A stretch of DNA of 64,000 bases, taken from Carcharhinus longimanus (taxonomy: Eukaryota). Position 1 is the stretch's first letter. Each line of letters opens with the position of its first letter. The position numbers and the translations under genes were made by a program. Below, piece after piece: positions 11,901-24,691 of the stretch. The notes under the pieces are model-generated. The model saw only the letters and a list, made by a program, of their open reading frames with translations, was not told where the DNA came from and did not search any database. The DNA lies in contig JASCQW010000162.1 in the NCBI GenBank assembly GCA_030264375.1, forward strand, positions 13,814,343 through 13,878,342, in the 5' to 3' direction.

Positions 11901-14900
11901 ATCAATCCCAGGTCTTGTACGCGCATGACAGTGGCTCCTGATAAATTATTGNNNNNNNNNNNNNNNNNNNNNNNNNNNNNNNNNNNNNNNNNNNNNNNNN
12001 NNNNNNNNNNNNNNNNNNNNNNNNNNNNNNNNNNNNNNNNNNNNNGGAGGGGGAGAGAGGAGGTGGGGGTTGGTGGTGCAAAGAGAGTACTGAAGAGGGA
12101 GAGAGAAAAAAAACTCTTGTCTTCTTCGACTTCACAAATCAGTCACCCCTTGTCATGCCTGCTTGAGATTCGTTAATGTGCCACAACTCCAGACGAGGGG
12201 GGAAAAAAAAGCGGGCGGCTTCCTTTGTTGTTCAGTAGCTTTTTGATCGCCGGTGAAAATTCACTTACCCAGATGAGTGAGCAAAAAGAGAAAGAACACT
12301 CTCTTGAATTGGGTTAGGAAAATGCATATGTTTGGATTCAGTGCAAACATACAACACTTGGTTGTTTTTTGAAGGCGAAACCCTTGATTAACCTGTCTCT
12401 CCCCATGTAAAAGGCGACTGAAAACATCTTGCTTGGGCCTTTTTTTTAAACCACAGTGACACTGAATCGCCCCTATACATATCTATAGGCTCCCGAACAA
12501 TTGCAGAATAGCTGCGAGTAAGGATTCCCCCCTTTAAAAAAAACAGATTTGCTTCTTTCATCGATTACGGACAAAGAGAGCGAAAATGCGTTATGAATAC
12601 TCTCAGCTAAGAAAAAAAAATGTAGCTTATTTCCACCTCATGTTTTAGTTTATTCCTTGCCATTCACGGTCCCAAATTTGTTAAAGTCCATCTTCTGTGT
12701 TTCTGCAAAGTAATTTAATTATTTACGTGAGGCCATTGGTTTGCATATTCATTAAGTCTAATTATATTCTAGTAATAGAAACGTAAAAAAGCCAACAAAG
12801 AATCGGAATCGTTCAATTTACCTTTTGTTCGCCACTTCAATGGATTTCCTTGAAGCTAAATCTGTGTGTTAAAGTCTTATTTTATTACAAAGCAGCCTTG
12901 CCGCATCCTTCAATAATTATCTCCGTTAGCAGACCATCACTTTTTTGAAGGGCACTTTGAGTTAGTTGCCGTGTTTCCTGTCTTCCCACTTCAGCATTTT
13001 CCCCCCTTATCGAACAACACATTTACACAAACATCCTGGCTTGCTTACGTTTTACATCTTAAAGGTTTTCATAGAAAGGTACAACAGGTTAATCTTTAGT
13101 GGGGGGAAGGGGGAGGAAAAAATACTGTTCGCGCGGAACTATTGGCGCAAGTGTGTGGCAATGAAGTTCCAGTTACATTTTTCAGCCGCATTTTTCTACA
13201 AGGAAACAAGTTTAACATTAAATGTTAGAAAACTGAGGGGAGGGATGGGGGGGTGCAATCTCCACGTTTGCAGCGTTGCAGCATCAAAGGGTTTAAAATG
13301 GGTGGCTGTTAAGTGCATATTCCCAATTTACGACGACTTGAGGCTGTGCTCATTTTGCTGATGACTATTAGGGCGGCGTGGCTGCTTGCTAGAGAATTCC
13401 AAGTGCAAGTTTTTAGGTGCTTTGACGGTCCTTATGCGAGGGTGTTGCCAGTTAACCTGGCTTTCCCGATGCAACAGATCCCAAATTTGCAGTGCACATA
13501 ATGAAATTTTTTTTTTTCGCCCTGCTTCGGTCCTTGTATCTGCGCCCCAAGAATTAAGTGGAACGCGATATTGCCTTGCTGAGTGAGTACAATAGCTAAC
13601 ATCACGGCATTGCTCTAAATGATGCAATATGCTGAAAACATGGATATTAAAATCACAGCAGTCTAGTAGCAGAAGCAGGCGTAATTTGATTCAAAAAGAT
13701 TTACTGCGCGCTGATAGAGTGTGCAAATTCTAAAGGGACACTTTAAGAGTATGAAAAGTAAACGTTTCCCATAGCATTATCTTTGGGCTACCATCTCCGA
13801 ATATACAAAGAAGGGCTGATTTTAAAAGTTGTGGGATGGTGGAAGTTATCAAGTGGGATTTGCGGCGCTCTCCGCAGGAAACGCAGGCTGCTTGAGTTCA
13901 AAGCCACATGCACCGACGTGACATATAAGCCATTAAAATATCATCCTGACGGCTCATTTCTGCTTCATCATACATTCCCTAACTGCTTCCAGAAACCTTG
14001 AAAAGGCGAAATGAAGAATGGCTACCTAGACAAAGCTCCAAAGTAGATTTTTTTTTACTTCGAAGTTACCTGAATTAAACGATCGAAGGCATCTTCTTCA
14101 ACAGGTGGAGGACGGTAAGAGAGGCACGTGTATTCGACTGACTTTTACTAAACGACTCCTGACCTCTGAATTTCCATCATCTTTCATGTAAATGCAATTG
14201 ACTAAAAAGAGAATGGAGATATCAGTCAGATTTTTGTTTCCTCAGAATAGCCCTTGTCAGGGGCCATCATGTTGTAATAAAAGCAATCTAGGTGCGAATG
14301 GCTCTGAATTATACATTTCCATTCGAATGCACTTGTGTGAACCGATATTTTGCCTCGGATTGTTTTCAGTCGATGGATAGCAAAGCAGTTAGTTGTTCTG
14401 TGGAAGGGAGGGTCGTGGGGGGAACGTTTGCCTCGGGGTTGAAGTGTTAGTTTACAAAAAGAATTGTTTTTACTCGCTTTAAAACGCTGGCTATTTTCAT
14501 CCAGTCCGATTTAAAATTTAAATTTGATTTATACCTCGGAAACGAAGTTAATCGTTCAACCGTTTATTTGCGACGAACATATATATCGCATACGTTGCTG
14601 TCATTAAAGTGGAATTTTACAACTCTGCGCATTTTTGTACCCAATACGGTTTATTTTTCGGATGCGCGAATGTATATTTGGAAGTTCTTCAGTTTGTGAG
14701 TTGAGCAACGCATGACCTTTATCCCGCGTTCTCTTGATAAGTAAACGCTTTCGAATATTTGAGATAATGAATTGGTAGTTGCGTCCACGCTCTCCTTAAA
14801 CACAAATTCCCACTAATGGAACGCCATTTAAGTGAATTCAATTGTAATGCAAAAGTTATCTTGCAAATTTGTTCCTGATGACTGACCCCAGCACTGCATG

Positions 14901-17201
14901 TTTAATTGATATCTTTTTCTTCTCTCTCTCCAGATCTGCTTTTCCTCATTGTTCGAAATGCACTAATGCTAAATGTCACCCCATAGTTTAGGATTTTTCT
15001 CATACAGTTCCAGGGAGTCACATAGTTTTTCTTTTCCCCCGTTTATCATACTTATCACTGTTAAAACTGATCCCAATCAAGTTAGTCAGTTGGCTTTTGC
15101 GCGCAAGAACAGCTCTGAAGTCCCCGACTTTTGAAATACCATATCTTTTGACCCCTGACCCGTGACCGACCACATGTGCCAGAGTCACACAATGCCACAC
15201 AATGCATACCTCGGAAAATATTAGCTGTGTTGAAAGAGTCGTTGGCTAAAGTGGGTGACAATAGTTCAATACATATACACGCTCTTTATTTGGACCACGG
15301 AACGGAATGCAATTTTCCTGCTATTAAATCTATTCGCTAGTTAGGTACGTTGAGATTCCGGTGTTGGATGCTTCATTGATTTGTTTCTCATGTGGCTGTG
15401 TTTTAACTTTCTTTTTCTTATTATTATCATTCAGGCAAGCGAGATTATGAATCATTTTTTTACACGTGCACTTAAATAAATCCTCATCAAAGCAACCCCA
15501 AAATTAAACTCATCGACAAGAGATATCTGGGCAAACTCAAAAAAAAACCCTAGCTCCAGTCAAACTTATTAGTTCTAACAGTGCCCAAAGCCAAGCGTTT
15601 AAACATTTTATTATACTTCCGATTAGGCAGACACTCACATTTCTAGTATTTTGTTTCAAGTTGCCCGTGGCTTTGAATTAAAATTCCTACTGCCTGAGGT
15701 TCGCCTTAGAAACTTTGGGCGGGGGGTATGGAGGGGGGTGGGGGGATGAGTGGGGGAAGTTTGAAGGTCACCCTTGCCTTTACCCATTATCCGCCTGCTT
15801 GCCTTGAGATCTGTGCATCACATCACTGTTAGAGATGTCATTGGTACTTTGACCGATTTGTTGTACAAAGATATTTCCATTTTTTGGAATTACTTCCAGT
15901 GTGTGTCTGAGTGTGTGTGTTTGTGCGTGTGTGTGTGTGTAGTGTACACACATATATTTACTATATACATAAATATATATAGAGAGAGAGAGAGATAGAA
16001 AAATTATCTACATAATATTTTCACGTAAATTTCGCGTTACCAAATTTACAGGTCCTTTACGCAACGTATCGGGGTGCCCCGATGTTGAAATAAAATATTC
16101 TGACACTAGTTCCCTTATCTTATTTTGCTGAATTTATTCTTGGGCTGTAGATGGTTTAAGGATTGCGTCAAAAGTTCAAAGCTAGAGATTTCCAACTTTT
16201 TTGGAAAGGACGAACTTTTTCCCCATGCATTTATTTTTCGATGTGGACAACTGTGGAACAATAAGTGTGAAAGGCAATATTACTGGACACACTCCTGCAG
16301 TTTTGAAATATATACTTTCCACCCACTTAACTAAAAAAAACACATCAAAAACAAACTAGCGTAAAATCCGCCAGGACACGAATATTTTCATATTGTATGT
16401 GGAAGTTCACCAGATTTTCTGAGTTCTGGGGTTGGCAGACTGAGTTCATGAGGACATTCTACCGCTTAACCATCAGCAATATTAGGTTTAATATTAAGGA
16501 CACAGACCTAGAGCAAGATCTGAAACGTCACAACTATATTCTGCAGCTAGCATGGGATTGGGCCAATTTGGAAAAATGTGTAAAAATATAACAAAAATAA
16601 GAGCTAATAAGTACTATGGCGGTTTATAGATCAATAATTTATTGTGGAAAATGCGTTCACACAGTAAGTCTTGTTATTGGTATTATTGGGTGCAGTTTAC
16701 ATATAAGCAGCCTCTCAGTTCTTCAACAGGACAAAATGTCATCCCATTAAATTTAGCCAGGTATCCAGAGCTACGCGAGCTAGTTACGTTCTTGTGGCTT
16801 AGTTACCTGATTTGGAGAAATTGAAACCAGTAATACAAGCTAATCCTGTTATTTTGTTAACCATGTTATTTATTTAAAGAGCAAATGTACCTTAAAGCAT
16901 CAGCCCACTAACTTTCAACTTTGTTTTACTGGATTCGTTTGATCTATCTATCTATCTAAGTATCTGGGAGTTCAGTCATCTGGTTGTGTATTCGTCTGCC
17001 TCATTGTACCAAAAAGTTATTACGAAAGCACTTTTTTTGTAGGTTGTCAAACATCCCGTTGTGTTGCTGGCCTGTTTGAGGCAATATAATGCAATAGAAG
17101 AATCTCGGAATCCCTTCCAAAATTGCACTTACAGTGAAGGGTGCCACTATAAGAAAGATTTTACATGTCTAAGCATTAATTTGAGAGACTACTGATGCAC
17201 A

Positions 17202-17221
17202 ACACACACACACACACACAC
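17202..17221 (+). repeat. (AC)n microsatellite
   Basis: Seen directly, about 10 units. Confidence 0.9.
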
Positions 17222-20200
17222 TCAAAATCATGTTTCTAAAATAGAGTTGCTTCGGCACAGTTTTTTGTTGGAAGTTCTTTCTATTGATATAGTTTATTAA
17301 AAACTGAAACTGCCAACCCCAGTTTTTCCCCCTCAGAACTGTTTAACACACTATGTCCATAATCAAATCCAGCCGTCACCAGTTTTAATACAAGTGCGAC
17401 GTTTAACATCATCAAATTGTGAACTTGCAACTAACTGCAAAATTCGAATTGCACCCATTGAAATACAGGCCTGCTTGCGACTGAAAGAACTGTTCATTTT
17501 TAATAATTCCCGTGATTACGTTTAAAAACACTTCCTTACTGAAGAACTGCTTCAGGTTTTACCATGGCATCATTGCTCCCTCAGTATATGCAGAGGAACT
17601 GAAAGTTGTTATTTGCTCAGTTGGTAACTTATTAGCATGTAGACTTACACTACCTTCTGCATAAACCTGAATACGGAATTGTTTTAAAGCAATCGCTGCC
17701 CCTGACGAGACTACCAGTATAAAACACTTACCTATGGAATTAAGATCAAACACAATTTTTTAAAGTCCTCTCTTAACTCGTGGTTTTCAATCTCCAGTCT
17801 CTATCGTTGTCACTTGCAGTGTTTTATGTGGTCACATACTGTACAAATTAGTGACAGTACATCCCACAAGCAGCTGTTTGCTTTAGTTCAATGTTCTCTG
17901 CATGGCAGTACTAGAATTAATATTTGACGACCATCGCATTGTAACAACAACCTTCGACCCAATGTGCCTGGACTGCCATATTATTCCATGACACTTGCAT
18001 TCTTTAATTTATTTACGGACGGTTTGAGTGTAATGAAAATTGGACGCGTATTTGGATCAATTCAAGTCTGAGACTTTGATCTCCGTGATAGGTTTATGCC
18101 CCCTTATAAGTATCAGGGTTACAGGTATCTACATTTCAGTGCTTAATCACAGCCACGTACAGTCAGACCCGTATCAGAGAAAAAAAAACTTTCCAAAATT
18201 AGAAATCGTTTGTCAACGATGGAGAGGTAATGTAGAAATTACCAGAAATATATTTGTCGATTTATTGTGGCCAAAGCTAATGGACTTTTAAGTTGGGGAT
18301 AGGGGATGTGGGGGGNNNNNNNNNNNNNNNNNNNNNNNNNNNNNNNNNNNNNNNNNNNNNNNNNNNNNNNNNNNNNNNNNNNNNNNNNNNNNNNNNNNNN
18401 NNNNNNNNNNNNNNNNNNNNNNNNNNNNNNNNNNNNNNNNNNNNNNNNNNNNNNNNNNNNNNNNNNNNNNNNNNNNNNNNNNNNNNNNNNNNNNNNNNNN
18501 NNNNNNNNNNNNNNNNNNNNNNNNNNNNNNNNNNNNNNNNNNNNNNNTGTTTTTTTTTTCAAATTAGTCGGTGATTGTAAAATGTTTAAAATATTGTTCA
18601 CAAATGTGTTTTGCGTCAGTCACACATTTAACCCTGTGAAATTTAAATAGTGCCGCTTATTTGTGTAATAATCCTGCATTGATCCAATCGTATGCACATT
18701 ATATCGAATGAATTGTGCAAGTTGTTTTATTTCTAGCTCCTTTCCTTGGCTCTTTTAAGAGTTCCAACCATTCACTGCTGAGAGGTGACCTAGACCATGA
18801 TGGCTATCTCCACGATCAAAACAACAGGTAAATTAACTTGCTATGTGCATGTTTTTTTTTCTGAATTGGAGTATTATGCTTGAAATCTCGCAATATTCTG
18901 TATAATTTAGTATCTATGTGCAGCATGTTTACGCCGTGGTCTTTACTAAAAGTGAAAATAGTGATCTTAAGTGACATTTATATATTATATGTATATATAT
19001 AGAGAGAGTGTGTTCCTAGTATTCTCCACTATGGTGATAACTTGTTATCACACCCTAACTTCCGCCGATGGGAGTAACTGTAGCGCTCAGTGAAACAAAT
19101 GCCTCCTTCCGTCCAGACACTCATGGCTATGGATTACGACTATACTGTCCATCGAGGTTCCCTAGCCTTTTACTGTTTCAATAGCTGTCAAACATGTATA
19201 ATAACATATTTCTTCTTATTTTGTAGCTGACGTTTTCAATATTGCATGAGTACATAGCAGGTATGATGTCGTTACTGAAATATTGCCAGGGAAAACAAAA
19301 CAATGAAACCAATCGGTGTTGCTTGACGAATACTTTCAATAATGTCATTAACCAACCAACAGCCTAACAGTTATTGGTACATAAAATTAACATCGTGAGT
19401 TACTAGGGGAGGGGTCTCTATGCGGCATCTTACATAGGACAATTACATATATATTCTTAAAGGTAATAATAAACCGTCAATGCAGTAAATGTAAAACGCA
19501 ACCCTACTTTCAGTCCTTTATCTTGTAACATACTGATGTCGCTTATTGAAATGTAAAGTGTATCATTCAGTACTGCACACTTACTGGAGTTGCTTTATCT
19601 AGGATAATACCCTTGTTTGAATTTTGTTTCTTAAAAGGGACTCTTTGCATATTTTGCACATAAGCGTGCTACAGGACTTGTTTTTAATCAAAATTCTTTC
19701 ACAAATATTTACAAAATGCATATCGATGAAGGCCAAAATGTACCGAATTCTAGCTGTTATGTATGGCAACTAATGTAAGCCACTCACAGCTTGGCTGTGT
19801 AGAGTTTTTCCTAGCAATTAGATGAACTAGCCCATTCTGTTTTTCAGGTTTCATGATCCTTTCTTTTAACGATTTCGTGGGGAAACAATTACCGGTTCCC
19901 AGAAATGTAGTTGGATCATCGTATCTGTTGACACCAGGAATCAGTTGATTCTCAGATTAAACCATATGATTTAAACTGCAAGCATGTACAAACCCACAGA
20001 TATGCAACCAAGCCAAATTAATCTGTAGTAAAAATGAAGTATTTCCTTGTTCATTACGCTAAGCGTTTGGTGGGTGGGTTGAAAGGTACAAGTATAACGC
20101 ATGGAATCTTGGGAATCTAAATTACTAGGCTTCTAGCTTTTTTTTAAATTGAGCTTCTGATTAGAAGGAGGGAATAAAATATTGCATCAAAACTATGCCA

Positions 20201-21820
20201 GAGTTGAGCTTCAGTAAAAAGAGCGGGTTTCCCTTAAACTGTTAATTTCAATGCATTTTCCGAAAGCAAATTTTGCCAAAAAATAATTTAATTTGGAATT
20301 TACACTGCTCAGTTCTGACTTAACCAAAAGCAAATACCACGCCTATTTGTTGCATTTCCAATGTTTTCTTTTCCCGCCGGGCTTCACTTTACACTAGGGT
20401 TTAATCAAAGTTCCTTAGCATCTCTGTTGGATTTCTTTAGTGCTGATCCTGCAGTCTGCAAACCTGGAATTCTGCAATAATTTCCTGTTTATAATGGGGT
20501 GCAGGAAGCTGTGAACTGCCCGCCATAAGAAGGATATAACGTCTGCCTCGTATTATTCTGTGACATCTTAATCACATAGTGAAATATCCTGTCGGTAAGA
20601 GAAGTAGTAACGCGCTAATTTCTGAGGAATTTTGTTTGGACTACAATATAAACCATATGTCCAGCAAAAATAAACTTTTCCACACTTTATCGACGTTTAC
20701 AATCTTTGCAAATGAATTAAACGATAGACTGGAAGGATCAATTACGTGAAATAAAGAGGGAAACTGAAGAACCCTCACTTCATCTGCATGCTTCTGTATA
20801 ATTGCATTATTATGGCACTGTACGCATTTTATACTTAACTAAAAGTGCAAAATTTGCCATCTGCCAAAATAGATATTGACAACGAAGGAAAATAAACAGC
20901 GTGACCGGCAATGCATATTGCATATCAAGAATTCTTAAAAGTCAATTGCAATGAACAATCTCGTGATTGTCTTTCAACAACTTAAATAAGATAGGAAAAG
21001 TCAGAGGTCCATGTCACGTTACGTGGAATAAATGTAGAATTGTATAGTATAACAACATTACGCTCAGTCACACAGTGCAAATTGGATATTTTACAATACG
21101 TTTACTTTAGAGATTCCACTAATCTAGATTTAGGCTGTAGCAAACATTGCTAAATTTCAACCTGCATATAAGCACTGTGCTCTTTTCTAGGGACCGTCGC
21201 TCGCGACTGACAAACTGCTCGAAAGACAACGGGTAAACTGACATCAAGGTGGGGACTTGACCAGGTATGCAGCAGCACAAGTGCGAATCCCAGTTTAAGC
21301 CTGCAGTGTGAAGCCCTGGAGGCTGAAATACAAACGTGTCAACAATCAGAGACCCATATTGCATCCTTCTCTATTACACGTTAGAGCTTTGGAGTGTGTT
21401 GGGATGGNNNNNNNNNNNNNNNNNNNNNNNNNNNNNNNNNNNNNNNNNNNNNNNNNNNNNNNNNNNNNNNNNNNNNNNNNNNNNNNNNNNNNNNNNNNNN
21501 NNNNNNNNNNNNNNNNNNNNNNNNNNNNNNNNNNNNNNNNNNNNNNNNNNNNNNNNNNNNNNNNNNNNNNNNNNNNNNNNNNNNNNNNNNNNNNNNNNNN
21601 NNNNNNNNNNNNNNNNNNNNNNNNNNNNNNNNNNNNNNNNNNNNNNNNNNNNNNNNNNNNNNNNNNNNNNNNNNNNNNNNNNNNNNNNNNNNNNNNNNNN
21701 NNNNNNNNNNNNNNNNNNNNNNNNNNNNNNNNNNNNNNNNNNNNNNNNNNNNNNNNNNNNNNNNNNNNNNNNNNNNNNNNNNNNNNNNNNNNNNNNNNNN
21801 NNNNNNNNNNNNNNNNNNNN

Positions 21821-21955
21821 CGGTTATTGGATAGGCACATGGAGCACACCAGAATGATAGGGAGTGGGATAGCTTGATCTTGGGATTGGACGTAGCTTGG
21901 CGCAACATTGAGGGCCGAAGGGCCTGTACTGTGCTGTACTGTTCTACGTTCTATG
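21821..21955 (+). mobile_element. CR1-clade LINE 3' end (ORF2 terminus plus tail); 5' part probably hidden in the N-run 21408-21820
   Basis: RLLDRHM resembles the CR1 ORF2 C-terminal FK..LD motif. Tail GGGCCGAAGGGCCTGTACTGTGCTGTACTGTTCTACGTTCTATG resembles elasmobranch CR1 (HER1-like) 3' ends. Confidence 0.8.
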
Positions 21956-21962
21956 AAATATT

Positions 21963-22104
21963 TGGTCTATGTTTACTTTATCAATCCCTTTTAAAATTTT
22001 ATGTACTTTGATCAGATCCCCTTTCGTCCTTCTAAACTCCAGCGAGTGCAATCCCAAACTGTTTAATCTCTCCTCATACATCAACACTTTCATCCCCGGA
22101 ATCA
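21963..22104 (-). mobile_element. CR1-clade LINE ORF2 fragment
   Basis: Minus strand translates IPGMKVLMYEERLNSLGLHSLEFRRTKGDLIKVHKILKGIDKV, matching the CR1 ORF2 motif YEERL..LGL.SLE.RR.RGDLI..YKI..G.D. Confidence 0.85.
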
Positions 22105-22658
22105 GCTGCGACCTCACACCTCACCTCATTGACAACACCACAGTTCGACAAGTTTGCTGATTGATGTTAAGGGCTTAATTTTTCCAGCCCTTCCCAATGC
22201 AGGATTTTCCAGTCCCACCAATGGTGACACCACACCCCCCCCTCCACACCCCACCTCCCTCCCCACCATAAATTTCTGTCCACCCTATCACTCACAACTC
22301 CTTTTGAGAAACCTACCTTTTCTCTCTCTCTCTCTCTTTCTTGTATTGTAGGTATGCCGTGTGCTAGACTGCAGGCTTCAAGCTCTGTCGCCAGATCAGC
22401 TTAGAACGACGGCCTAAATCCACGGGAAAGCGCAGCACCGGGGTTTCCGCTTCCCTTCTGCTGAGCAAATCTGAGAGGGGCTACAACGTACATATTTGAG
22501 TTAGTGGCCTGGTTTTTTGTTACCCTCCCCTTCGTTGTTTCCAAAAAAAAAGACGCTAAACTACTTTTTTTTTCTCTTGCACATGCACGGTTTTAGACAG
22601 GCGTATGCAGTCAGGGCGAATATAAAAGACACTCTGCAGTGAGGACAANNNNNNNNNN

Positions 22659-22692
<34 letters not shown>

Positions 22693-24369
22693 GGGATTGC
22701 GGCTAGCATCACGTTCTGGTATTAGAGGAAACATATGAAAAAGTGAGACTGATATATGGAGCGCAGTTCGGTCTAAAAAGCCTCTCACTCGTGTTTACGT
22801 AGACAGAGGCGATCTACTGGCAATTTATCATTGCCCTATCTGTGTTTTTGTTTTGCAATTCCTCTCCATAGTACACTGCAGTCCACTTTTTTCCCTCTTC
22901 CCCTAGCGATGCGAGTTTCCTTTTCGCGGACCGCAGCATTTACACATTCTCGCAGCACGGTGTACTTTCGCCTTCACAAACTTGAAATTGGAAACAGGTT
23001 TTCTTTTTGGTGGGGGGGGGGNNNNNNNNNNNNNNNNNNNNNNNNNNNNNNNNNNNNNNNNNNNNNNNNNNNNNNNNNNNNNNNNNNNNNNNNNNNNNNN
23101 NNNNNNNNNNNNNNNNNNNNNNNNNNNNNNNNNNNNNNNNNNNNNNNNNNNNNNNNNNNNNNNNNNNNNNNNNNNNNNNNNNNNNNNNNNNNNNNNNNNN
23201 NNNNNNNNNNNNNNNNNNNNNNNNNNNNNNNNNNNNNNNNNNNNNNNNNNNNNNNNNNNNNNNNNNNNNNNNNNNNNNNNNNNNNNNNNNNNNNNNNNNN
23301 NNNNNNNNNNNNNNNNNNNNNNNNNNNNNNNNNNNNNNNNNNNNNNNNNNNNNNNNNNNNNNNNNNNNNNNNNNNNNNNNNNNNNNNNNNNNNNNNNNNN
23401 NNNNNNNNNNNNNNNNNNNNNNNNNNNNNNNNNNNNNNNNNNNNNNNNNNNNNNNNNNNNNNNNNNNNNNNNNNNNNNNNNNNNNNNNNNNNNNNNNNNN
23501 NNNNNNNNNNNNNNNNNNNNNNNNNNNNNNNNNNNNNNNNNNNNNNNNNNTAAAACTTCGATTCTTAACGTTAGTCGCAGGGGTTGGGGTGGGTGAAATA
23601 AAAAAAAACCTTTGGGGGTGGGTGGGGGGAGGTGGGGGGAGATGATGGGGACGGGGATGCGGCCAGGGATACCGCTAAAGAGATGATGATATCTGATCGG
23701 GCTTGGGATAAACTTTCCGACTCTCCTAACTGTACATTTGTTCGTGCAGCGTACACGGGGCACATAACACCTCGTAAATTATCAAACTTTACTGCTGCGC
23801 ACTCTTGTTCTCTTTAGTCTAATAGACGGTTCCAATTGAACCGCTCCGAAAAAAAAAGTGCCCAGTGGGTGCCTGTTAATCAGGAACATACCTAATTTAG
23901 TTTCAAAATTTAGGAAAACTTGCATGTGCACACAGGCTAACAACTAAGGAGTAACCTTCAGCGAAAAAAAACCCGTTAAATCCTGTCCCAATTTATCGCA
24001 GCTTGATGGATCTGATGCTAACCGCCTCCCACCCACCCCCGCTCAACCCTACACCCCCCCTCCCAGAAATGAATTACAGCATGATCAAGTGTCTAAGAGG
24101 GGGACTGGGGGGGGGGGGGGACGCTAGTCATTCATTCTTTGCGGTTAAGAGAGAAAAAGCCAACTCCCATCAACTTTAAGAAAAAAATCCTCATTTTATT
24201 TATTTAGTTTTGTAGAAAATCGCTGAAACACGAAACCGCCTTCCACTCAGAGTTAGTGCTAATAAAATGAATATGTTTGAAAGAAGCCAACCAAAAAAAA
24301 ACACATCCCCCAGCCAAAAAAAGAGACTTTTCAGTGTTTCTCTCTCTCTCTCTCTCTGTGTCTGCGGCT

Positions 24370-24480
24370 CTCCCCTCGCCCCCACCCCCAACCACTTAGT
24401 GGAAATACGCATGTGCCCTGACTGGGTCCTGTAACTGGCATTGTCAATCATCTGTAAGTGACCAATGGGATTGCTGGCTG
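24370..24480 (+). promoter_or_regulatory. Candidate Zic4 proximal promoter
   Basis: C-rich GC-box-like run near 24370-24390, GTCAATCA, and CCAAT at 24462-24466, about 230 bp upstream of the ATG. The TSS cannot be determined from sequence alone. Confidence 0.4.
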
Positions 24481-24691
24481 CTCGCAGAGCTCGACGGGCT
24501 GCAAAGCTGTTCATGAATCTCAAATCAGTTTCTCAATGCGTCCTGCTGCTGCTATCCGTCTGCACACTCTCTACACCGAATGGCTATCAACGTTGGCAAA
24601 GAACGACTTTCTAAAGTTCGGTAACTTTAAAGAGAGAAAAAAAGTTTTTTTTTGTGTCTTTTTTTTTCCCCGCTGTTAGGCATTATTGAGC

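Noticed and set aside
21308-23763. Long ORFs spanning N-runs (also at 2.3, 18.3, 51.3 and 61.8 kb)
   Set aside because: Artefacts of translating N as X.
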